64,000 nt of DNA from Verrucomicrobiales bacterium (GTDB taxonomy: Bacteria; Verrucomicrobiota; Verrucomicrobiia; Verrucomicrobiales; V1-33), in the NCBI GenBank assembly GCA_035550135.1, contig DASZQB010000107.1, positions 12,064 to 76,063 of the forward strand, given 5' to 3'. A model generated the notes under the pieces. That model searched no databases, was not told the DNA's origin, and saw nothing but the letters and a program-made list of their open reading frames with translations. How positions within the stretch are numbered: the stretch's first letter is position 1; every line of letters begins with the position of its first letter. Shown in pieces: positions 26,739 through 35,537 of the stretch. Position numbers and translations under genes: made by a program.

Positions 26739-28549
26739 GGCGCCATCCTCCGGTCGAGGACCAATCGAAAACCCAGCGCGACGCCTCGCAATGTCCGGAC
26801 GTAACTGCGGATCGGAAGCACCTCATCGTCCGGCTTCGTTTCCTCCGCCCAGCTCCGTCCGCAAACGAGCCGATGCTGCGCATTCGGGCCTAACGTGGAA
26901 GTCCATTCCGCAACGTTGCCGTCCAGGTCACGCACCGCGTCTGCCGGCATCATCACCACCGGCACAGGGCCGGTTCTTTCGGGCGATGGGACAACAGAGG
27001 CGGATAATTTCACTTGATAGGCCTCCAGTCCGCCCGTGCGGCCGGTGGCCGTGAGCCATTCATCGACGGTCGGCAATCGATACCGCTCCCGCGATCCCAG
27101 TCTTCCGGCAGCGCGCTCCTGCGCGGTCAGCCAAAGGCAAAACGCCTCGGCTTCCATCTGATCCACCGCCACTACAGGATGATCCGGGCTTTGCGCGGGC
27201 AGGCCTGGAGGCGTTTCCCACGATCCCGGTTCGGCGGTCCAGCTGGTGTCGTTAGGAACCATCACGTCCCCTTCCCCCGCCGGCCCCTTCGCCCTGACAA
27301 ACGCCTCGAAATCCCGCCGCCTCACTTCTCCCACCGCCATCAGCACTCCCGGCGTGCCCGTCGGCAACAGCGTAATGCCGAGTCCATTGGTCACGGGGAC
27401 GTCCATAGAGGGAGCCGCCGCATTCCCTGGTCGCATGGGATTCTCCTCTTTTGCATTGTTTGGCCATTTCGTCCAAATCCACGCGGCCCCCGCGGCAAGC
27501 GCCAGAAGGCCACCGGCCTTCCACCACACGCCCCTGTTCCCAGGCACAGACGCCTTATCCACTTCGCTCTTCACTTCGGCGGCGTGTTGATAGCGCTTCT
27601 CAGGCTCCTCCTGCATCGCGCGCTCCACCACGCGGTCGAGCGCTTCACCCGTGCCCGCCCTGCGGCTTGGCGGCTCGAATGCTCCGCAGGGCACCCGGCC
27701 CGTGAGCATCTCGTAAAACATCACTCCGAGACTGTAAATATCCGCGCGGTGATCCACTGGCCGGTCGCCACGCCGCTGTTCCGGCGCCACGTAATCCGGC
27801 GTGCCCACCACGCTGCCCGTCATCGTCGGCGTGGGCTCGTCCGGAACGTCGGAATGCTCCGGCATCAGTTTCGCCAGACCAAAGTCCGACACCTTCACGC
27901 GGCCCTGAGCATCGACGAGAATGTTCGACGGCTTGATATCCCGGTGCACGAATCCCTGACCGTGCGCGAACTCCAGCGCATCACAAACCTGCCGCACGAT
28001 ACTCAGCGCCTCCGGCACCGGCAGCCGACCCTCACGAATGAGCCGGTGCAGGTCCGCTCCCTCCACGTATTCCATCACAAAAAAGAACGTCCCATCCCTC
28101 GTCTCGCCAAAGTCATGGATACTCACGATATTGGGATGATTCAGCCGCCCCAGCGCCCGCGCCTCGCGGCGAAACCGTTCCGCCGCCGCCGGGTCCCGGC
28201 TCAATTCCGCCGGCAGAAGTTTCAGCGCCACCCGCCGGTCGAGCGTGATTTGCGTCGCGGAATAAACCGCGCCCATCCCTCCCCGGTTGACGAATCTCAC
28301 ATCCTCAAATCCCGGAAAAAGCACCGCGATTTCATCAGGGTCCGGTGCCGCCCAGGCCACTGGACCTTCCGCCGGCCAGGATGACGAACCCTCGCCCAGT
28401 ACTCCACGCATCACTCCCGCCGGATCGAGACCGTTCAACTCACGGGACGATGGGGGAGGGTCGGACATTGCCGCAACATACGGCACCGGTCCGGGAGGTG
28501 GCAAAGACTGATTCATTCGATGCGTTCTAAGGCATCGCGAACGGGACAT
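26735..28549 (-). CDS. Ser/Thr protein kinase, one TM segment, C-terminal FGE-sulfatase (SUMF1-like) domain
   Basis: Kinase motifs GGMGAVYSA, VALKLL, HRDIKPSNILV, DFGLAK and VAPEQ. TM segment WWKAGGLLALAAGAAWIW. FGE-like YRLPTVDEW and DLDGNVAEWTS. The start is uncertain: ATGs at 28549, 28516 and 28468. The track start at 28675 overlaps the upstream gene. Confidence 0.85.
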   Translation of the reverse strand: MSRSRCLRTHRMNQSLPPPGPVPYVAAMSDPPPSSRELNGLDPAGVMRGVLGEGSSSWPAEGPVAWAAPDPDEIAVLFPGFEDVRFVNRGGMGAVYSATQITLDRRVALKLLPAELSRDPAAAERFRREARALGRLNHPNIVSIHDFGETRDGTFFFVMEYVEGADLHRLIREGRLPVPEALSIVRQVCDALEFAHGQGFVHRDIKPSNILVDAQGRVKVSDFGLAKLMPEHSDVPDEPTPTMTGSVVGTPDYVAPEQRRGDRPVDHRADIYSLGVMFYEMLTGRVPCGAFEPPSRRAGTGEALDRVVERAMQEEPEKRYQHAAEVKSEVDKASVPGNRGVWWKAGGLLALAAGAAWIWTKWPNNAKEENPMRPGNAAAPSMDVPVTNGLGITLLPTGTPGVLMAVGEVRRRDFEAFVRAKGPAGEGDVMVPNDTSWTAEPGSWETPPGLPAQSPDHPVVAVDQMEAEAFCLWLTAQERAAGRLGSRERYRLPTVDEWLTATGRTGGLEAYQVKLSASVVPSPERTGPVPVVMMPADAVRDLDGNVAEWTSTLGPNAQHRLVCGRSWAEETKPDDEVLPIRSYVRTLRGVALGFRLVLDRRMAP

Positions 28550-28602
28550 TACAGACCCGGGTAAATTTTTTCCGAATCCGGCGAAACTTTCCCTCCACAC
28601 CT

Positions 28603-29511
28603 CTACTTGACCTCCACACTCAACGAGAAAAACCCTCGAATCCCGTCGCTCAACGGCACCGTGGCCTCGTGCCACTTGGCGTCTTCCGGTGCCTCGAGAG
28701 CATAAAATTTCTCCTGCGGCGCGGCGGGATCAGGTCTTGTCAGGACGATGTAATTGCGATTCGCGAACACCGGGCCGAATCGGAAATGGAATCCCTCCGG
28801 GGTGATCTCCAGCGCCTCCAGACGCAACAGATCATTCGCATCCATCGGATCGGTGCCCGCGGTCCACTCTCCCAGGTTGTTCGCCCCGTCCGCGTCAGCA
28901 TCAGCATCCGGCCCCGCCGGCAGATCGAGGTCTCCATCACCATCAATGTCAAAATGTTCGAACTGCCACGCGTCCGGTACCCCATCACCCGCAACAGGAC
29001 CGAAATTGTCGGGCATGGAATTGCTCACCGTCACCGGCCCATCGATTTTGTTTCCCGCCACGACAGCACGCACCACCGCGATCGTATCCTCCCAGACGGC
29101 TCCCGTGGTTGCCAGCCCGGACGATGATATGGAAACGACTGGACCACTAACGACTTCCCAGACCACAGGTCCGGCCTGCGCCCCGGGGAGCGTTGTCCCG
29201 TCGTCCAATGCGACACTTACGCTCAACTGCGCTGCGGAGGTTTCCGGAACCGGTGAGGGGTTGGCAGTCACCGCCCCACCGGTCACATCGTAGAGCTGTC
29301 CTGCAAATCCAAAACGCGCCATGAAGTGGGCACTCTGCGCCGCGCCGCCCGCCGGTGAACACGCAGTGTCCGCCGCAAAGTGCGCCGAACTCAACCGCGC
29401 CCGCCCGGGCGCCTCCGCCTCCGCGAGCACAGTGCAGGAACCGGATTCACGCACCGCAGCCGATACGGCTCCCGCACTGATCAAAGCAAAAATAGAAACC
29501 AATGTTTTCAT
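28603..29511 (-). CDS. secreted protein with Big_2-like Ig domain, TSP3-like motif and C-terminal tail
   Basis: Signal peptide MKTLVSIFALISAGAVSA. Ig-like segment ...VVWEVVSGPVVSISSSGLATTGAV... DIDGDGDLDLPAGPDADADADGANNLGEWTAGTDP motif. Ends ...IRGFFSLSVEVK. Confidence 0.7.
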   Translation of the reverse strand: MKTLVSIFALISAGAVSAAVRESGSCTVLAEAEAPGRARLSSAHFAADTACSPAGGAAQSAHFMARFGFAGQLYDVTGGAVTANPSPVPETSAAQLSVSVALDDGTTLPGAQAGPVVWEVVSGPVVSISSSGLATTGAVWEDTIAVVRAVVAGNKIDGPVTVSNSMPDNFGPVAGDGVPDAWQFEHFDIDGDGDLDLPAGPDADADADGANNLGEWTAGTDPMDANDLLRLEALEITPEGFHFRFGPVFANRNYIVLTRPDPAAPQEKFYALEAPEDAKWHEATVPLSDGIRGFFSLSVEVK

Positions 29512-29539
29512 GATGTTCGTTTGTTAGGGATTGAGAAAC

Positions 29540-30961
29540 TCATTCTGGGATGCCCAGCCGCACCAGCCCCAGCGGAGCATCGAGACGGAGGCGTTTGTTG
29601 ATTGTGCCGGTCCAGTTGCTGTCACCGGCCTTGAGTCGAAGACGCGTGTTAGGCTGCGCCTTTGTGACGGCATCGCCAAAACCGGTCCATGGAGAGTTGT
29701 ATCCGCCAAGCCCGTCGGGCAGCGCCCGGTCCGTCATCTGCACCCACACCCCGTCGGAGGAGGCGTCCGGCCAGCTCCAGTGATTGCCCGGACCGGCATT
29801 AATCAAATCGTTGATCGTCGTTTTAAGATCAGCAATCGGCACCTGATCGCCATTCAGGTCGTTTACCCAGCGTTTGTTGATAAAAATAAACAGCACTGTC
29901 CCATCGCTGCGGCGATAGAGTTCCGTCTGCATTCCGCGCAGGGCGCCGCCGTGATTTTCAGAATCCGGCGGATTCAGCTGACCAATGTCAGGATAATCCA
30001 GACAATAGTGGTTACCCAGCGCCAGCATGGTGGGCGCTGAGGCAATCAGACCGCCATGAGCCATCAGCATGGGCATGTTGAATTGCCCGCCGTAATTGAC
30101 ATCGACCTCCTCTACCGGATCAGTGTTGTCAAAAACACTGGGACCATCCCCGCCGCCGCGATACCACGGCTCGCGGGCATTGCGGCTGATACGTTCGGTC
30201 AGACCGCCTTCCAACTCGCTTTGCGGCACCCACATTTCCGGTGTGAAGACCCGCTCGTGCAGAAAGTTGACGTAACTCATTCCCGAAACCTGCTGGATGA
30301 TTTCCCCCAGCACCAGGTATCCGAAGTTGGAGTACTCGTAGTTGTCCCCCGGGTCATGCCGCAGCGCCTGACCCAGCATCCATCGGATCACATTCGTCCG
30401 GCTCGGTGGTGATGGCACGCCCATATCGGCAGCGATGTCCCGCGCACGAAACACCGGATCGCCCGGCCCTCCGGCCTCGGCCGCATTGCGCGGAAAAAAT
30501 CCGCCTTTGTGCTCCAGCAGATGGCGAACGGTGATATCGGCCAGCCTCGCGTCTCCAAGCGAGGGAAACGGCGTCACGTTGATCAAGCCGTTGTTGGAGA
30601 CGCCGTTGGTGGAAATCCGAAACGCCCTGCGCTCCAGTCCTTGCGCGCCCAGCACCCCGTCCGCCGCGAGCATCCGTATCGCCGCCGCCGTGGCCGGCTT
30701 CGTGGCGCTGGCTTGGCGCACCATCGCGTTCTCCGGCATATTCACTCCGGCATCCATCGACCCGAAGCCGCGCAGATAAACGACGCGGTTCTCACGCATG
30801 ATCCCCACCACAGCGGCCTCCACATTCCATTGCTCCATGAATTGAGTCACCGCGGAGTCGAAGGCGTTCATCGTGGGCACGGGACGGCCGCTTATAGGAA
30901 TGGCCGCCGGCGAAAGAGCCGCGGTCAACAGAACGGCTATTGTTAAACAGATACTTTTCAT
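29540..30961 (-). CDS. serine hydrolase of the class C beta-lactamase / PBP-like family with an extra C-terminal domain (tandem paralog B)
   Basis: The ATG at 30961 (MKSICLTIAVLLTAALSPAA) is preferred, because the track start at 31156 overlaps the upstream paralog. SxxK motif (SATK), YxN motif (YSN). C-terminal ...LRLKAGDSNWTGTINKRLRLDAPLG... Confidence 0.85.
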   Translation of the reverse strand: MKSICLTIAVLLTAALSPAAIPISGRPVPTMNAFDSAVTQFMEQWNVEAAVVGIMRENRVVYLRGFGSMDAGVNMPENAMVRQASATKPATAAAIRMLAADGVLGAQGLERRAFRISTNGVSNNGLINVTPFPSLGDARLADITVRHLLEHKGGFFPRNAAEAGGPGDPVFRARDIAADMGVPSPPSRTNVIRWMLGQALRHDPGDNYEYSNFGYLVLGEIIQQVSGMSYVNFLHERVFTPEMWVPQSELEGGLTERISRNAREPWYRGGGDGPSVFDNTDPVEEVDVNYGGQFNMPMLMAHGGLIASAPTMLALGNHYCLDYPDIGQLNPPDSENHGGALRGMQTELYRRSDGTVLFIFINKRWVNDLNGDQVPIADLKTTINDLINAGPGNHWSWPDASSDGVWVQMTDRALPDGLGGYNSPWTGFGDAVTKAQPNTRLRLKAGDSNWTGTINKRLRLDAPLGLVRLGIPE

Positions 30962-30980
30962 GACTTGAGGCGGTTGGAAG

Positions 30981-32387
30981 TTAGGACCCAAAACCGATGC
31001 GCACCTGACCCAATGGCGCATCCAGCCTGAGCCGTTTGTTGATCGTCCCTGTCCAGTTAGTGTCCCCCGCCTTAAGTCGGAGTCGGCTGTTCGGCAGCGC
31101 CTTTGTGATCGCGTTGCCAAAGCCGTTCCACGTTGAGTGATATCCTCCCAGGCCATCCGCCGCAGCGCTGTTGACCCTCACCCAAAAACCGTCGCAGGAA
31201 GCGGTGGGCCAGACATTGTTCGCGATGCCATTGATGATCGGGTCGAGGATACCGCGGAACTGCGAAGCATAATTGTTGCTGCCGGCCAGGTCCTTGTTGA
31301 AAAACGCAAAACCCACAATGCCATCCGTGCGGTGCCAGAGGATGGTGTTCGTTCCCGGCAGCCCGCCATTGTGCGATTCGCTGGTCGTCAGCGGATTGTC
31401 GGCATCGATGGGAAGCCCGATGAACTGTCCGGCGCCTGACGTGTTTCCCACATTGATGTGATAGGTATTGCCCAGTGCCAGCATGGCGGCGGCCGAGGCC
31501 GCGACGCCTCCATTACCGATCCTAACCTCCATCGTCCGCTGGCCTCCATAGGCGTCGTCAAGCATCGGTGCATCGTCCGACGGGTCGGAGGCGGAAAGCG
31601 CCGTATTCGTGCTGCGATACCATGGCTCCCGGGCATCGCGCAGATTGCGCGCCGTGCGGGCCTGTATCACTTCGCTCGCCGGCACCCACAGATTGGGCGT
31701 GAATACCCGCTCGTGCAGAAAAGTCATGTGCGCCGTGAAGTTTCCGGCCACCATCAGACTGAGGGCAAAGTAACCTTCGTTCGAGTAACGGGCATCGGTG
31801 CCAGGGCTGAACCACAGGCTCTTTCCTGTAATCCAGCGCAGCAAATTGGTGCGCCCCGGTGCTCCTGGCAGATCCATATCCCGCGATGCCCTCCGCTCCT
31901 CTGCCATCAGATCACCCAGAGGATCAGTGTTGCGGTCCCATCCAGCGGCGTGCTGGAGCAGGTTTCGCACGGTGATGTTGCCATAACGGGTATCGCCCCA
32001 GCCTGGGAACGGTGTCACATTGAGCACCCCGTTGTTGCCATTTCTTAAAAACGCCGCCTGCCCCAGTGTAAAGGCACCGTCTTCTATCCGCCAGCGAATC
32101 GCCGCAGCCGTGATGGGTTTCGTACAACTCGCGAGGCGCACGATTGCGTTCTCCGGCATGTCCGTATCCGTGTCGGGATCGAGCGAGCCAAATCCGCGCA
32201 GGTAAATCACCACCCCGTTTCTCATCACGCCGAGCACTCCGGCTTCGATGCCGTTGGCATCCATATAATCTCCCATCGCATCGTCGAAGGCCACCAGCGC
32301 CGGCACGGGCCGTCCGCTAATCGCGGGATTTCCGTGAGCGTTACCGGCAATCGCAATCATTGCCGTGCTCAATAAGAGTCGTTTCAT
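30981..32387 (-). CDS. serine hydrolase of the class C beta-lactamase / PBP-like family with an extra C-terminal domain (tandem paralog A)
   Basis: Signal peptide MKRLLLSTAMIAIAGNAHG. SxxK motif (SCTK), YxN motif (YSN). C-terminal ...LRLKAGDTNWTGTINKRLRLDAPLG... Confidence 0.85.
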   Translation of the reverse strand: MKRLLLSTAMIAIAGNAHGNPAISGRPVPALVAFDDAMGDYMDANGIEAGVLGVMRNGVVIYLRGFGSLDPDTDTDMPENAIVRLASCTKPITAAAIRWRIEDGAFTLGQAAFLRNGNNGVLNVTPFPGWGDTRYGNITVRNLLQHAAGWDRNTDPLGDLMAEERRASRDMDLPGAPGRTNLLRWITGKSLWFSPGTDARYSNEGYFALSLMVAGNFTAHMTFLHERVFTPNLWVPASEVIQARTARNLRDAREPWYRSTNTALSASDPSDDAPMLDDAYGGQRTMEVRIGNGGVAASAAAMLALGNTYHINVGNTSGAGQFIGLPIDADNPLTTSESHNGGLPGTNTILWHRTDGIVGFAFFNKDLAGSNNYASQFRGILDPIINGIANNVWPTASCDGFWVRVNSAAADGLGGYHSTWNGFGNAITKALPNSRLRLKAGDTNWTGTINKRLRLDAPLGQVRIGFGS

Positions 32388-32395
32388 GACGGCAG

Positions 32396-34252
32396 TTATT
32401 GAAGAGTCACGAGAACGAGCACCAGACCGCGGCCTTCTTTGAGACCGCTCATGGCCTTTCCAAGAATCGCCCCTTGGGCGCGCATGCCATTCTTCACCTT
32501 CATCGCGTGACCCGGAATGCCGGAAGTGGTCAGCAAATCACCCGGAACAATCGGGCCGTTACCGGCATCGGCGGAAACATACACGCGACCTGTTAGTGCC
32601 ACCTTGCGTCCGCCGCTGTTGATACCCTTTTGTTCAAGCGAAAGCCCTGGCTGAATGCCCCCCGCACCGCTGATGATGCCCGCCACGCGGGTATCGTAGG
32701 GGTTGGTGCTTTGCGTTAGGCGACCCGGGTGCGCATCATCGATTACCACAACCGTTCCCGGCTCCAGTGACGGATCGGCGAGGTCAAACGGCTCCGCCAA
32801 ATCCGCCCCGCCGGTAATGGTTAGCGTCCTCACGGTAACATCGTTCGTCATCTGTACCGTGCCGCCCATCAGCACATTTCCGGCAACGACCGCGGACCCG
32901 GCGACCGTGAGATTGCTCTGCGTCACCAGATTGCCGCTGAACTGCCCGAATCCCGACGCTGTCACGTGACGGATCGAACCCACATCACCGTCTCCATCGA
33001 CCGTCATCACATTCTTTCGCACCCCGTTATCCGTGCCGCCGCCAACGACAAAATAGGCATCGGGAGTAATCGTGTTCCACGCACCCACCACTGTCTGGCG
33101 CGTGCGACCGGTCCGCAATTCATAGCCGATCGCCGCTGAATGATCGTGCAGAGCCTGACTGTTTTGCCCCATCGCAAACGAACGGCCTCCCGACGCGGTA
33201 TTCCCCTGCCCTGCTGCGAACGCCGCAATACCTGTCGCCTCTGTGCTCCAACCGAGGGCCATCGCGTGACTGCCCGTGGCCTCCGTGGCTTCGCCCACCG
33301 ACAGCGACGCATATCCTGAGGCCAGTGGATTCACCCCCATCGCTATCGAGTAGCGTCCGATCTGCGGCTCATCCCAAATCCCTGCTCCGAAGAGCGCAAG
33401 ATCCGTAATCTCCCCGACACGAAACGCACGCTCGGCGGAAAACCACATCATCCGCGCTCCCTTGCCCTGCGCTGGAATGTTCCCCGCATTGAGTGGACCG
33501 CCCGCCACCAAAAATCCGTCCTCCGGCGGCAGCGCCCCTAGCAGCGCGTCCGCCGTGCGGGCGTGCAGCGCGTACGGAACAGATTCGAGCGCCTGATGCG
33601 GCAGCAACTCTTCAAAGACATCGCTCTGCGGCACTGACTTGAACCAAATGCGCAGAAACATTTTCGAGTCCGGCGGCGGTGTCAGGTCCGCCGGCAGCGC
33701 CGCCATATTGGGCAGCGCCGTATCACCGAGCGCAACGGAATAGAGCCCGTTGGTCACCGGCACACTAACAGCCGCTGGCGGCAGGCTGAGCATTCCCGGC
33801 AGCGCCAGCCCGATGCTGTTGGACCAGCGATTGCTCATGATCACCCCTCCCGCCAAAGCCACCTCCACCTGCGGAGGCACCACATAACCGCTGCCGCCGG
33901 ACGTGACCGTGATGCTCGTCACCCGCTGGCCACTGATCACCGCCGTGGCTGTCGCCGTCGTTCCGCCTCCTTTCGGTGCACCAATCGCAACCGTGGGTGC
34001 CGCAGCGTATCCCGAGCCTCCATGCACCACCGTGATGGCCGTCACCTTTCCGCCGCTCACCGTCGCTACCGCCTGCGCCGGATCGAGCGCACTCGCCGCC
34101 GTATAAAGCCGGAACTTGAATTCACCATTGCCGGTGAAATTGACACCATCGACCGCAATGCGGCCCTGGTGAGCGACCGTCCGCGGCACCTCTGCACGCA
34201 GCGGCAAAGTCACCAGCGAAGTTAGGCAAAGAACGAAGATTGGTATTTTCAT
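32396..34252 (-). CDS. secreted adhesin / tail-fibre-like protein with YadA-head (Hep_Hag)-like repeats
   Basis: Signal peptide MKIPIFVLCLTSLVTLPLRA. Repeats SIAMGVNPLASGYASLSVGEATEATGSHAMALGWSTEATGIAAFAAGQGNTASGGRSFAMGQNSQA. The C-terminal ...AILGKAMSGLKEGRGLVLVLVTLQ resembles the terminus of tail-fibre-domain proteins, from my memory of that family. Confidence 0.75.
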   Translation of the reverse strand: MKIPIFVLCLTSLVTLPLRAEVPRTVAHQGRIAVDGVNFTGNGEFKFRLYTAASALDPAQAVATVSGGKVTAITVVHGGSGYAAAPTVAIGAPKGGGTTATATAVISGQRVTSITVTSGGSGYVVPPQVEVALAGGVIMSNRWSNSIGLALPGMLSLPPAAVSVPVTNGLYSVALGDTALPNMAALPADLTPPPDSKMFLRIWFKSVPQSDVFEELLPHQALESVPYALHARTADALLGALPPEDGFLVAGGPLNAGNIPAQGKGARMMWFSAERAFRVGEITDLALFGAGIWDEPQIGRYSIAMGVNPLASGYASLSVGEATEATGSHAMALGWSTEATGIAAFAAGQGNTASGGRSFAMGQNSQALHDHSAAIGYELRTGRTRQTVVGAWNTITPDAYFVVGGGTDNGVRKNVMTVDGDGDVGSIRHVTASGFGQFSGNLVTQSNLTVAGSAVVAGNVLMGGTVQMTNDVTVRTLTITGGADLAEPFDLADPSLEPGTVVVIDDAHPGRLTQSTNPYDTRVAGIISGAGGIQPGLSLEQKGINSGGRKVALTGRVYVSADAGNGPIVPGDLLTTSGIPGHAMKVKNGMRAQGAILGKAMSGLKEGRGLVLVLVTLQ

Positions 34253-34456
34253 GGGATGTGGAGTTTGAGGTTCACTCCCGTCCTAAGGCATCCCCCGTCA
34301 CGCATTACACACTCACCAAAAATTCTTGCGGCATCACTTCATTCCGGAGACACGCTCGAAGACCGCGGCAGATCATTTTACCATTATGTGAGGCGCGACG
34401 AAGCAAAGGCCGGAACCGAATGGCGCTACGATTAGCCCTCCAATCGCTGCTGCGCA

Positions 34457-34557
34457 GAACCGCAGCGCGGTTCCCTGTGAATAGCCAGGGGTGAGCGAGG
34501 CATGAGCGAACCCCTGGATAATCACCCCACAAATCCTCCACCACAGCGTGGTGGCCC
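34457..34557 (+). repeat. dispersed three-hairpin repeat element, copy A
   Basis: GAACCGC-AGC-GCGGTTC (34457-34473). CCAGGGG...CCCCTGG (34485-34491 / 34511-34517). CCACCAC-AGC-GTGGTGG (34538-34554). Homologous to 44458-44553 in the same orientation. Confidence 0.6.
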
Positions 34558-34704
34558 AAGGTGCCACGGCAGCGAGAGCATTGAGGATGAGAGCCCGGGG
34601 TTTCCACCGCTTTTAGCAGATTACGAGGCTTACCCCGCACCGGCCAACGGGCGGATCCAACATAGCCTGGCTCGTCAGGCCCAGGACCAGCCGCAAGAGA
34701 ATTG

Positions 34705-34727
34705 GACAAGCGCCAAAGGCGCGTGTC
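34705..34727 (-). terminator. possible intrinsic terminator just after the ECF sigma gene
   Basis: On the minus strand, GACACGCGCC-TTT-GGCGCTTGTC forms a 10-bp GC-rich stem with one mismatch. It starts 15 nt after the sigma stop and is followed by CAATTCTCTT, a weak U-tract. Confidence 0.4.
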
Positions 34728-34741
34728 ACGCCTCAATCCAA

Positions 34742-35494
34742 TCAAGCCAACGCCGCCAGCAGCGCCCGCATTTCATCCTCGATCACTGCCGCATCTTCAT
34801 TCTCCAGCGTCGCCGCCACCTGATCCTGCAATACCTGACGATAGCGATGCCGAAGCCGGTGCACCGCCACCCGCGTCGTATTCACCGGCCACCCCAGCAC
34901 CTCCGCTGCTTTGTTATAATCCGTCTCTCCACTCGCCCCTGAAGCATCCAAAAACGGTCTCAACACCGCCAATTCCTCCGCCCGCCCTGCCGCCGCCCGC
35001 TCCGCCTCCAGCACCTCCATCGCCCGCTGCAGCATAGTTAGGGCCCACCGCCGGTGGAACAACCGTTCCGGCGTCGCCTCATCCAGCGGTTCCGCCGCGT
35101 AACGCTCCTCCGCAATTACCGCATCGAACGACACAATCTCCGCCCGTCCGCCGCGCCGCCACGTCTGCTGCCGGTCACGGGCGTCCGCCAGGAAATATTT
35201 GAACGACGCCAGCAAAAACGTCCGCAACCTCCCCCGCTCCCTGTCCGCCGCTCCCAGCGATTCCTTCTCAATCAACCGCGCAAAAAATCCCTGCGTCGCA
35301 TCCTGTGCATCCTCGATCCCCAGCATCTGCCGCCTCGCAAATGCATAGAGCGGATACCAATAATGCCGGCAAATCGCAGCCATTGCCTCCTCCGCCCGCG
35401 GCGCATCCTCCGCCCGATGCCGCACCGCCGAGATCATACTCCAGCGTGTCTCCGGAAAATTCACCCGCTCTGGTTCGTGGCCGGCCATAACCAT
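34742..35494 (-). CDS. ECF-type sigma-70 family RNA polymerase sigma factor
   Basis: N-terminal FPETRWSMISAV, region 2-like YWYPLYAFARRQMLGIEDAQDATQGFFARL, region 4 HTH-like NKAAEVLGWPVNTTRVAVHRLRHRY. No adjacent anti-sigma candidate is seen. Confidence 0.85.
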   Translation of the reverse strand: MVMAGHEPERVNFPETRWSMISAVRHRAEDAPRAEEAMAAICRHYWYPLYAFARRQMLGIEDAQDATQGFFARLIEKESLGAADRERGRLRTFLLASFKYFLADARDRQQTWRRGGRAEIVSFDAVIAEERYAAEPLDEATPERLFHRRWALTMLQRAMEVLEAERAAAGRAEELAVLRPFLDASGASGETDYNKAAEVLGWPVNTTRVAVHRLRHRYRQVLQDQVAATLENEDAAVIEDEMRALLAALA

Positions 35495-35537
35495 CCCGTC
35501 AGGTTATCCGCCTCCTGTGTCAAGCGCCGCGCAAGTC

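Noticed and set aside
27014-28384. 456-aa plus-strand ORF
   Set aside because: Antisense to the kinase-FGE gene, whose catalytic motifs are intact, and very Arg/His-rich. Shadow frame.
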